In this document: positions 1 through 11,500 of the stretch, one piece after another
Layout of the letters: every line of letters starts with the position of its first letter
Position numbering within the stretch: the first letter of the stretch is position 1
NCBI GenBank assembly: GCA_964035545.1
Contig: OZ037769.1
Coordinates: forward strand, 5,561,929 to 5,625,928
DNA length: 64,000 bases
Reading direction: 5' to 3'
From: Bugula neritina
Lineage: Eukaryota > Animalia > Bryozoa
Notes under the pieces: model-generated
Database searches by the model: none
What the model saw: only the letters and a program-made list of their open reading frames with translations
Told to the model about the DNA's origin: nothing
Made by a program: the position numbers and the translations under genes

Positions 1-2
1 TT

Positions 3-470
3 GATAGCCTGATTTCCAAGAGCGCCTCAATAGAGCATATTCATATTGTCTGCGCAGGAATTCTAAAGCTAATCCAGTGTGCATGCAGACACAGCGCTGC
101 TGCACTAAGCAAGGAGCAGTTTGCTGCTGATATTAAAAATCTTGGAATGACCAAAGATATGATGGAAGATCTCTCATCTGCAGTATTTGGATCACGAAAA
201 CAAGTGTTAGAATACGCCGCAATAAGCAATGTACCAAGACGAGCAACTATAGTGAGTTTTCAGTGGAAAATTGATGTAGCTATATCAACCACTACCCTGA
301 GTAAAGTACTCGAGCCAGCTGTCGCGGTAAGAATGACGTTGAGTAATGGAGAAATAAAATGTTTTGAAATGTCTGTATCAAAATTCCAAGAGCTGAGATA
401 TCACGTTGCATCGGTAATGAAAGAGATGGAAGACTTAGAGAAACGCAGTATACTCAAAATACAAGACTGA
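3..470 (+). CDS. COMMD5: COMM domain-containing protein 5, C-terminal part (5' end lies outside the window)
   Basis: Frame is open from base 3 to TGA at 468-470. The C-terminus FQWKIDVAISTTTLSKVLEPAV...FEMSVSKFQELRYHVASVMKEMEDLEKRSILKIQD matches the COMM domain of COMMD5 as I recall it (WRVDVAIST...KFQELRY.VA..LKEM.DLEKR). Confidence 0.92.
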   Translation, partial: DSLISKSASIEHIHIVCAGILKLIQCACRHSAAALSKEQFAADIKNLGMTKDMMEDLSSAVFGSRKQVLEYAAISNVPRRATIVSFQWKIDVAISTTTLSKVLEPAVAVRMTLSNGEIKCFEMSVSKFQELRYHVASVMKEMEDLEKRSILKIQD

Positions 471-757
471 TTTATTCTTTTTGTAAAATGATGTATTGCA
501 ATATTGCACTTTTTATGTGTTGTGAAAATTATCAAGAAATGTAAAAAATAGTTAAATCTTGCATACAATATATACATCAGTCATTAGCATATAAAATTTT
601 CTACTAGAACAAAAAATTCAAGAAATTAAAAACTATACAATGCAGATTTCAAAATCGGAATGAAATTCCTATCATTTTTGACTTGTAAGTTACTTCTACT
701 GGTCATTGTTTTTATATCAATAAAACTGATGTTATATTTACAATAAGCTTTCATTTT

Positions 758-3700
758 CTATTCTGAAGTTACAGGGTCTCCTATATCAGCATTTTGCTTG
801 GCTAATAAAACTGTATGCTGCCCGCCGGATGAGATCATTAAAACTTCTTTGTCAGATAATTGTTTACCAGTCATGACTACAGGCTCAAACTTGTCTTCAT
901 CTTCACCATTACTCAATTGTTGACAGGTTCCCATTCCCCAGCCATAAGACTGTAACATAAACACGGAGTTACTTACCCATTTATTATGCTTGTACTGAGC
1001 AATAGCATTGGTATTAGTACATAGTGTATACTGTTGGCACTTCATAATTAGCGAAAGTTTAGCAAACTAATTTTGTTCCAAGTCAATTCACAACATTCCC
1101 CCCCCCCCCCCATGAGTATGATGTCATTATATTCTTTGGGAAAACTAGAGAAATTACAGACATTGCTGCTGTAGCTATGGTAACACTATTACAATATAAA
1201 ATATCAATAAATCACATCAATAGGTGATTACAACCATGAAGCTCACCTTGCCATCTTTACACACTGCAAATGACACAGATGAGCTAGCGTCTACGCTGAG
1301 ACAAGACGAAGGAAGTGCAGATACACGTTTCGGCTCTTTGGCGTCTTCCGCATTGGATTCTCCTAAACCTAGCTGCCCATAGGTGCCTCGGCCCATGCTG
1401 AAAACCTCGCCTAAAGTAACAGCACAAGAAATTAGGCTAACCTAAACTGTGTACACTTGATTTTTAACATTTTGTTAGGAAATCCATAAATGTTTTAAAG
1501 ACCTTTGGTCTTGCATTAATTGAGCTTTGATTTATTTACTAGCCATTATTACGGGCAGTGACTTTTAAACGCTCGCAAAACAAATGGACACAATTTTTTT
1601 TAAATAAGCAGGATATATTCTCAATACACTATATAGCCCTAATGACAAGTAAAGGTATATGAAAGTAATACACTAGCTGGTTGCACTTTACTCTGAGTAT
1701 GAGTAGGTCAAGAATAAGCTTGCAAATAACTAACCATCCTTGTTGACAGCTACAGTATGATGTTGACCACCTGCTATACCCTGCCAGCCTTGATCTGAGG
1801 GCAGGGCTTTCACCAGCTCGGGGACAAACCTATTCACCATGTCGTCTATACCCAATTGGTAGTAGTTGTTTAAACCCCACGCATATATATCTCCAGCCAC
1901 AGACTTAGCAAATGAGACGTATGTACCAGCCCAGACATCACAAAACCTACAATGATGACAACTAATGTCAAAAACAGGGAAGTGAAAAAAATGGTTAGCA
2001 TAAAGTAAATACCCAAAAAGGAATGAAATGGAGTACTTGCAACGAGTAACTTACTTTGAATGTTGTACAACTTACTTTGGATGTCGGTTTTGCTTAGTGC
2101 CTTTGAAATGTATTTGTTTTAAAGATAGAAGAAAACCTAATCCTTTTCTACCTCCTCTATTAGAGAAACATTCGGCGACACGACCCAACTGGCCTTGTTC
2201 AGCACAGCCTATAAAAACACGAAGCTACACAATGTAATACAAGTAATATTGTAATTGCTGTATAATACAAAAACATGTTAACAAAGTACAATATTCTTGC
2301 AGCGATGCTATTTGTTATTTGATTTTTATTATACTTTCTTAACAAATAAATAAATTATAATACAACAAAATGTAAACAGATAACCTGAAATGTCAATATG
2401 AGTTTAGAAAAGCACAGTCAACACTCTAGCTCCTTTACCAATCAAACAGTTTCAGTTACAAAGTGATGTCAGACAAGAGAAGCTAAGCTTGTGTTACTAT
2501 AGAAACCCCCGGCTCCCACCACCCAGTGTACAATAAATTACCAAAAACTAACCAGAAGAGAAAACGAGACCATCCTCACTGAGGGCCAGCAGGTGATCAC
2601 TCCCAGATGCTATCTTCATAATACGTTTGGGACAAGGTAAATTTATAGCAGTCTTCTGTGGACCTGCTTCCGTGAGTCCAATCGATCCATTAGCATCTCG
2701 GAAGGTTCCAGAAGCAAATATTAGCCCATCACTTGTTAGCATAGCCTAGACAAAGAAGAAAATTAAGGTCACCTTGCAATACATTGTGCCATCGCCAAAA
2801 ACATTTTTCAAATGTCAGTGTCGGTGTCATCTCATGCAACATGAACACTTGCTGATCATAACTAAAAGCTAAATAAACAATTAGATGAACAAGTTAAAGG
2901 AGCAGCTGTGGTGTAGGGGTTAGAGCGTTTGACTTAGTAAACACCAAGTCATGGGTTCGAACCCAAGTAAAGGCCATTGGTGATGTTAGAAAGAGCATCC
3001 AGTCAAAATTACTCTTGTCACATATGAATAAGTCCTTAGCCAGCTTTCAAAAATACTGTTTTTCCATCAGGGGTTTTCACCGGGATATGGTGAATATAAA
3101 CTTGCATGAGTTTTTAACATAAGAACAAATTACCAGCAGCCAACCTTACCGTGTGACTATCCCCAGCACTGATCTGTATAAACTTATTTTTAGTAGTGAG
3201 TTTGCCAGGTTTAGCCTCAGAACCTTCTGCTGTGGTAGTTCTACCCAACGCACCCTCATCATTGCAGCCGAATGTGTAGACTTCACCTTCTGTTGTTAAA
3301 CACGCCGTATGCATACCACCTGCCACTATCTGTCAAAATACAATCCGACACATGCATCTTATACAGAATTACAGATACATTAACTTTATGTTCTTCATTC
3401 AATCAAACAGCAATACTATTATGCAATATAAATACAAAACTTTTTGAAGCTTAAAATACCCAGACATGCAAAATTTATATTAAAATATTTCCTTTAACTA
3501 AATATATAGCAGCTATTCTCATGTGTACCATAACGTAGAGCATACAAGGCAAGATTATATTTCACAAAAATTAAGAGAGGGCAACTCTGCAAACAATTGC
3601 ATTTACAGGAAATTATTATTGACTGTGCCATGCAGCTGTACATAAACAAACAATGGGGTCCTGTAAAGGGTCTGCTGACAAGTAGAAGATGCAGCCACAT

Positions 3701-5197
3701 AGAGAAGTTTTAGTAAACTACTCTCAACACATGTCCTTCTTGCCAGTTGGTAGTTTTATAACTATTTGTGATCAGCTATGAAAATTCAAGAGACTTTTAC
3801 CATTTTCATGTCATTTTTTTAATAAATATTGCAAAAACCGTTTTGAGAAAATATTATAATGCATCATTTCATTATTAGGTTTCTGGTGTAATCATGCATA
3901 CAGGTGCCGCTGTTGAAAGTTAAGTTATAATGGCCATGGGAGAGATGACTAACATACAGATTATTTATTGATATATTAAAAATAGCTTATTAGGCTCATT
4001 TTCTTTGTATTATATAAAATCGCATAAAACGCATTTTTTAGATTTTTAGTAATATTCAAAGTGCAGATTGTAACACTCTGAATATGACTCGAGTTATAAA
4101 CTTAAAGCCAATTGCCAAATGATTTAAAAGTTGCCTTTTAAATGATAAACTGATATTGGTAGACAGCCTGAGGTCTTAGAGAATAGAGGGCAGGCAACTC
4201 CAGATGAGAGGATGATATTCGGGTCTCCCAATTAACTGTTTTAATCCACGGCTTAAAACAACATTATTAATGACTATAATTCTACATCTACAAGAAATTA
4301 CTATAACCTGCACACAAGATAAGGTGTGATGTTACCTGTATATGTCTAAAAGGTAGTATCTTACCTGTATACATTTAGAAGGCAGTATCTTACCTGTATA
4401 CATTTAGATGGCAGTATCTTACCTGTATACATTTAGAAGGCAGTATCTTACCTGTATACATTTAGAAGGCAGTATCTTACCTGTATACATTTAGAAGGCA
4501 GTATCTTACCTGTATACATTTAGAAGGTAGTATCTTACCTGTATACATTTAGAAGGCAGTATCTTACCTGTATACATTTAGCAGGCAGTTCAACAAGAGC
4601 AGGTCTGGCTTTCTCCAAGACATCTGGCCCAAGGCCGAGTTGGCCGACATCTCCCTCACCTACAGTCAGCACCACCCCAGGTGTGCTCGTGTGTGACTTA
4701 TGATCAGTCTAAAGGAGTTACACAAGTTATAGCATCACTGTGGACATTTATATATAACTGAAGACCATTTGGTGAAAAACATGCAATATCTAAATGGTGA
4801 AAGATGAACACAGCTTCTCCAGTTATTAATGTAAGTCATCAAATTTGATAAGTTTTTCAAGAGAAATATAATTTGAATTTTAGTTCCCAAATCAACTAAA
4901 AAGTCCAAATAAAAAAAAAGTATATGAATTTGAATACTTTCAATGTGGGAAGTTGTTACAAGCATATCAGGAGACGTATAAACATCAATCAGCTTATGAG
5001 CAATAGTAAAAAAATCTTAGGCTAATTTGAAGCTTAAATTTGGACCAACTTACTTTAAGACGTTTCACGGGGCTTTCTTCAGATAAAACTGTGTCAGAGG
5101 ATCTTTTTTGGTTACTTTTGGCAGCAGATTTGCCTTTAGACTTACTTTTAGCTCCAGTTGAAAGAGCAGACGCACTTCTGCTCTTTTTTGGAGGCAT
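758..5197 (-). CDS. RCC1: Regulator of chromosome condensation 1, 8 coding exons, ~452 aa
   Basis: Exons 5054-5197, 4568-4708, 3150-3329, 2553-2745, 2076-2208, 1735-1946, 1247-1410, 758-949; all GT-AG and phase-consistent. RCC1 repeats: [18 protein letters not shown]...[67 protein letters not shown]. The N-terminal M-P-P-K-K is the X-P-K alpha-N-methylation motif typical of RCC1. Confidence 0.96.
2899..3113 (+). mobile_element. tRNA-derived SINE, copy 1 (RCC1 intron)
   Basis: Pol III A-box-like TGGTGTAGGGG and B-box GGTTCGAACCC, followed by a body (ggccattggtgatgttagaaagagcatccagtc...ccatcagggg) shared with three other copies in the window. Confidence 0.85.
4332..4588. repeat. 29-bp minisatellite, 9 units, containing the RCC1 exon end and splice donor
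   Basis: ttacctgtatacatttagaaggcagtatc repeats at 4332, 4361 ... 4564. The last unit is the true CAG|GTAAG donor (exon ends at 4568). Confidence 0.95.
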
Positions 5198-5744
5198 GTT
5201 AGATAATGTGAGTGCTAATCAATCAGAGTTGGTTTGATGGTGTTGGTGTGACTGAGCTATAAAAAGTTTGAACAACATTAAGTAAAACATAATATAGCCC
5301 TGTCACACTAAACTTAAGGTGCAGTCTAAATTTCAGTCTTATTACTGTAGGTCTAGGAGAAAGGTGATATCGCCAACTTATAATAGTACAAACAATAAAT
5401 CAAACAAACTTAGCAGCATGTATAATACCTGTACCAGCAACTAATTAAGAAACTGTGATGCTGAAAATAATGAAGGCCATATAATAATAGATTTGTATGA
5501 TATCAAAGCCAAGCTACAATAAGATATGTGTAATGACAAAATGTTATAATGCCAACTAAAGACAATATTAATACAGGGTCACTTAAGTGATATCACATTA
5601 AAAAGTGATGATTTATTCATTAAACTGGAAATAGTGTACTTATATCACCATGCAACATCAACATCAGAGATAAATTTTACCCTTCAGCTACTAAGTGAAT
5701 ATTACTGTAATTTAATGCTAGAAAATCCAAGTTACATGAAAAGT

Positions 5745-6430
5745 TTCACATATCACTCTGAATATTGATCAAATAATCATAATGATTATCATTAATTATC
5801 CGATATATAAAATTAACTATAATCCTAATGTAATGATAACGAGTTTTAATGAGCAATACTGACAGCATCGGCATGAGCATCTCCATCAGATTTATATCAT
5901 TATCATGGCTGATAAAGATGAGTATAAGACCATGGGGCATAGTCACTACGGAAATCCAATCTCAGACTGAGACTATCAATTACTGAATTTGATACTCAAT
6001 ATGAATAAAAATATGTACAAGTTTAACTTCAACGACAACTTTTTTGGTATTTAAATTTGTAATTGTTATACTATAAGTATAAGAGTATAAGTAGTAGTAA
6101 ATGCAATAATGATAATGTTCATTTAAGATAAAACTTAAACTAAAAGTAAAACTATAACAGTATAAGTCATAATGATAATGATAATTAATTTTAAACTACT
6201 AAACTTAGTCATTGATCATGATGATGGTATTCCTATTGATTATCATTATCATTATGACTTGAAGTTAATAATAATAGGAGTACAAAACGAAAAAGAAATA
6301 GTAATACTATTACTATTAGTATTACTATTAGTATTAGTATTAGAATTAGCTATCACTATGCCTATGGCTATAGTAAATAAGTAATACTAATACTAATACT
6401 AATACTAATACTAATAGTGATAATCTAAAT
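5745..6430. repeat. Cryptic period-6 ('drifting hexamer') low-complexity tract in the inferred first intron of RCC1
   Basis: Runs such as actata-agtata-agagta-taagta, aactta-aactaa-aagtaa-aactat, gataat-gataat and (tactaa)n. Confidence 0.6.
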
Positions 6431-7942
6431 CTATTGCCATTGGTATAATTTTAAAATAACACTGGGCAGTAGTAAAGACGCAATGCTTAACAACAACACG
6501 AATGAACTGGTTTAGCTCGAATCAACACAACGCTATTTTGAAGCTAAAAGCCGCTTTGGAGCAGTGAATGTTATAAATTTACGATTTACCGCTAGTCAAA
6601 TTATGGATTGAAGAAAGTATGGCGACCTGCAGTAAATATCATTGTCCATTTTATCTTTGCGCAAATATTTGCTCAGCAAATTTTTTGCTCTTGTAACTTT
6701 TGTTTTTGTTGCAAATTTTTTTTGCATCTATTAAAAAATTAAATTTTTTTTCTATTTGAGTGATTTAAAATTGCCTTGAAAACTCGAAATGTAAAACTGC
6801 TTTTTTTTACAGAAGTAACACAACTCTAGGAGAAAGAACAACAATAAAATTATTATGTTATGTATGGGAGTAACCAAGGGAAAATAGGTAAAAGTACCAT
6901 AATGGGTGATAAAATACCTGTTATTGATTGATTTACCAATAATAAACATTTTCTTGTTAACAGTTAGAGCTGCAACATACCATGAAATTACTCATAAATG
7001 CCTGCATTACATAATCTTACGAATAGTGCAATTAATTCAATATATTGCTCTTTTGTTTTATTTCAATAGTTTTAGCACTTATAACAATAATTTCAACAAA
7101 GAAGTTCAATATTTAAATGCCTTAGAAATGCTTAAACCTATTGGTTGTCAAATTGGTAAGTGCCTATTCCTTACAATCACAAGTGGTACTCCTATATTAT
7201 AAGTTATTTACTGTACATTTTATTCAATTTGTGCTGCAACATACAAGCAACAAAATACTGCTTGATTTATAGAAACTAGAGAAACAACAGTAGTAGAGTG
7301 AGTGAGATTCCATACAATTTATTGATATCATATAACAACCATGATTTATTATTGATTGTCACAAATAAAATAATACTTTCAACTTTGACATGCTTCAAGA
7401 TTCAAAATAGTGAACAATTATTAGCCGAGTGACTAAATTTTATGAGACACAAAAACTCAGCCAAACCTAGAATTAGAAGTATACTTGAAAACATCCAATG
7501 AAAGACAAAGAATGAACAGCAAATATCTACGTGAAAAACACACAAAGTTAACATAAAGCACAATAATATACAGTATAGATGAATAATAATATTTATAATA
7601 TTATGATGTAGGGTATACTTTATGTATCAGGGTTTATAACAATGAATATAAGCCAACTGACTAAGATAAATATTACTACAGGCTGAAGAATGTTTCTACA
7701 ACATTTTGTATAGAGACATTATCCTCTTCAGTTCGTGTGACATATAGACACAGATATAGACACAGGAGATCATACAATTAAGGAAAATTCTAGTAATATT
7801 TCGGAATGTTTGAGCTGTCCACCATTTTCTCATTTCTAAGAACAAAACAATCAAATTATAAAATAAACTTGAAAGCAAAAATAATTAAACAATTGAAGTA
7901 TTTTAATTTAAAAAAATGATGGAAAATTTGATATGCCTGAAC

Positions 7943-8140
7943 CTATACTATACTATATTATAGAATACTAGAATATACTATATTATACAACACTATACTA
8001 TAATATACTATACGATATTTTATTATAATATCATACAATACTATACCATATTATACTATATCATACATTACTATATTATACAATACTAAACTATATTATA
8101 TAATTCAATATTTTACTATATTATACTATTATGCTACATT
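7943..8140. repeat. Degenerate pentamer (TATAC/TATAT/AATAC) simple repeat
   Basis: tatactatatactatattatagaatactagaatatactatattatac...; a similar tract lies at ~30810-30890. Confidence 0.75.
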
Positions 8141-8502
8141 ATCCAGGTTCAATACTCTTTGCAGACATAACAAATTATTTGCCCATCTGGGATAAAGAAA
8201 TTATAGAACTTTGAAGTGATGAAATTGTCAGACTGTCAAAGTATTTAATCAACAAAGAATAAAATAATGAATAATATGATAGTTTTTGGTGGTTAAAATC
8301 AGAGCAGTACTAATTAAAACTTAAAACTCTGATAAAATTTACAAGTCAATAAAAACTTACAATTTATGACAGTTTAGGAATATTGAGCCCCAAACACATG
8401 GTGATAACTAAAATAAAAACACTGAATTTTGAACATTCCAATAACTAGTAGTACTACGTGCGTTAGTGGTAGAACAAAAGTATAACATACTATAGCAGCT
8501 TA

Positions 8503-11500
8503 TTATGAGTCTTCTTTATCAGTGATTTTTCCCATTCCTTCCAGATCTAATGGCTAAAACAGCATAAACTTTACGTTCAATATCCTAAACAAGCTACATC
8601 ACAGTTACAGATATGAAAAGACAGTGAAAACTAAAACGAGTAACAGAAAAAGGGAACTAATCAGTATCATTCAACTAAAACCCAAAACATTTACACATAA
8701 CAAAACACTGTAAAATCAAATCATTTTCACATAACTGAAATAAACATAGTAATAGTGATGGAAGCTTATTCTCAAATAGCAAGATAGTCCAGAGTTCAAA
8801 GCATTACAAAGTGGTGAAAGTTAGATTTGCATTAAAATTATAAATGTGGATATTTTAATAACTTACAGTTGTATCATCATCAGTTTGAGCACGAACTTTA
8901 TTTACCCCATCTGAATTTTTACCGCGATACAACCCACCAACCTCGTCATCTTTCATCTCGTCACCTATATCTTCTTCATTATCATCTAGTTGTGACAAAG
9001 TCAATGCACATGATAATTACATCATAATGATATGATAACAGGATCTACTTAGTTTTGTTTTGTATGAGCAGTAGTGGTAATTTGCATTACGTATTCACAA
9101 TCCAAATCGTAATTTTACACAATATAAGTAATTAGTGAATGATTGCACTGGTCTTATCGATGTTCAGAAATATGTAGCTAAATTATTCAATTAGTTACAA
9201 ATCAGTGTCCAGTGTCCACTGCACACTATCACCCATGAGGCATTAAGTTATACATTCTTTCATGATACAACGAGGGTCAACATGCATTGCTACACAATAT
9301 TTCAGAATGAGCAAGAGTAACATGGTATGAGCCAGAAAACCATTCTATTCAAAATATCCAGACTGAATAATGTGCATTTTTTAGTAAGTATTTGCAAAAT
9401 TTTCCTTTTTTTCTAACATTTAACTTGTGTATCACATGATTTCAGCTTTTATTACTAAGTTTTCAAAAACCCAATTGATTAATTTAGCAGAAGATGTACA
9501 ACTTTTTTAGCATAAAGTTGTGTGCTAAAAATGACATTTCAATTAAAATTATTCCCTAACGCCTAAGTGAATAAGTTCTGAATAACGAACCTGTGACATC
9601 ATTCATTAGAGAGGTTTTATCGTCAGCCTTCACAGGACGTGGAGTTATCTGATCAGGGCCTCCCTCAACTTTGTCTTTATTAAGCTCAGCTCCACCTTTC
9701 ATTTCTATGACACAGAATTACACTCCCAGCTCAACAGACTAAACATGAAGCTCAACTTAACCAGATCAGCTACTATATGATATCATAAGCTTTACAACTC
9801 TATCAGGTTCACTACTATATGATACCATAAGCTTTACAACTCTATCAGGTTCACTACTATATGATACCATAAGCTTTACAACTCTATCAGGTCCACTACT
9901 ATATGATACCATAAGCTTTACAACTCTATCGGGTTCACTACTATATGATACCATAAGCTTTACAACTCCATCAGGTTCACTACTATATGATACCATAAGC
10001 TTTACACAGTGAATGGAAGTTATCTTGTAGTGTAGAGAGTTAATATTGCACAAAGTTAGATATACATCAAAACTGCCAGAAAAAAACAAGTTAAATTTAG
10101 TTTTAGATAGAAAACAATAAAAATACAGATATATTGGTTATAATTATATCGCATATGCAATAACAGCACCAATTTCAGATTAATTGAAAGCGTAATCTTA
10201 TATTTCGGTACTTAAAATCAGATTACTACATGTTAACACTGTTTTGTTAGTCTTTAGTAGTGAAGCAGGCAACGGCAGCAAAAAAATGATTGCAAATTAA
10301 AGCATACGATGGTATTATATACTATTGTTATCATATTTCCAAGAAGCTGTTAAAAGTAAAGCATAACCTATAATGAAGCACAATGTGAGTACACAAACTA
10401 AAATACTAGAGAAACATAAAAACATATACTAAAGCTAATTAGTGTTTATAAAGTGTTGGATCAACTACAGCGCCTACAAGTCATGATACTAGACAGCAAA
10501 ACATATGCCTAATAGACAGAGCAGGCAACGTCCTGAGAAACATGAGTTGAGTCATAAGCTCCAAGGTCAAGGTTATGTTACCCAACACCATATAAAGCAC
10601 ATCTCAGTTTCTAGCATTTATACGAGAAGCCCGTCTTTTCAACCAATAGTGTCACCACAAAACAAACGAAGTATACATAGTATTGACTAGAGAAAGAGAA
10701 AGCCAAGTGCTATGTCCGTGAAACACCTCGGCTACCAATAGCGTGGTCACGCAGCGACTGCTGGTTAGCTCTGTTTAGCGACAGTAAGACCACCACCACC
10801 TCTTTCATCTCCCCAGCTGAGGAGCACAAGGGTGAACACAATAGAGGAAGCATAGCCTCAGCACCACCAGTGTACAAGCAAGCTGTAACAAAGGACTCTC
10901 TACTTGTTTGTGCTCATCACCTGTGACGTTGTACTTGGCAGCACTCGTGTTTTTGGTAGAATTAGTTTTCGCTGCCGTAGATGTAGAGTTTTCAGTGGCA
11001 GCTACTCCTACTTTGGCCAAAACACTATTTACCACTTTTTCTACAGTTCCCGCCTGGATTGCTTCACCATTCACTTCACCTAAAACCACTCCATGTTTCA
11101 CAACCAACACCTACAGTACTCTTATACAACCCTGTGAGACGTCAAACAGCTGACTGCTACCTTGAAAATATACTAGCTTTCAACACTTGTATTAAATCAA
11201 AATCTATGCAAAGGCCCTATGGTAACTCTCCTATACCCACGAGAACTGTATCATAACATATCTTTACCTTCCTTCATATCCTTGAAAAAACCACCTTCTA
11301 CCTCCTTGTTATCTGGGCTGGCAAGCGTATTCACGGCAACCGTATCTACGTTGTTAGTATTTCCTTCACCACCTGCTAAACCAAGAAAAATCATTTTAAA
11401 TAATTTATACTTGAGCTATGCATACAAGCAACAAACTGTGTAGTCCTATTTTTGTTGAAGCTATTGTACAAATTACAACAGTGTGACCATACTCATCAGT

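Noticed and set aside
2899-2975. tRNA gene
   Set aside because: Has A/B boxes but no closable acceptor stem, and continues into a body shared by four dispersed copies, so it is a SINE head.
8370-8390. U17/SNORA73 m1-like motif (ATATTCCTA on the minus strand) upstream of RCC1
   Set aside because: No matching m2 (AAACCAT) motif or hairpin/ACA context; a chance match in AT-rich sequence.
8578-8590. U12-type donor ATATCCT (also ~31255)
   Set aside because: These are on the antisense strand and are just the reverse complement of ordinary AG|GATAT acceptor-type sequences. All junctions I could resolve are GT-AG.
9766-10089. Repeat-peptide ORFs (also 21595-22078, 31891-32177, 32186-32535)
   Set aside because: They coincide with intronic minisatellites whose unit length is a multiple of 3; no independent evidence of coding.
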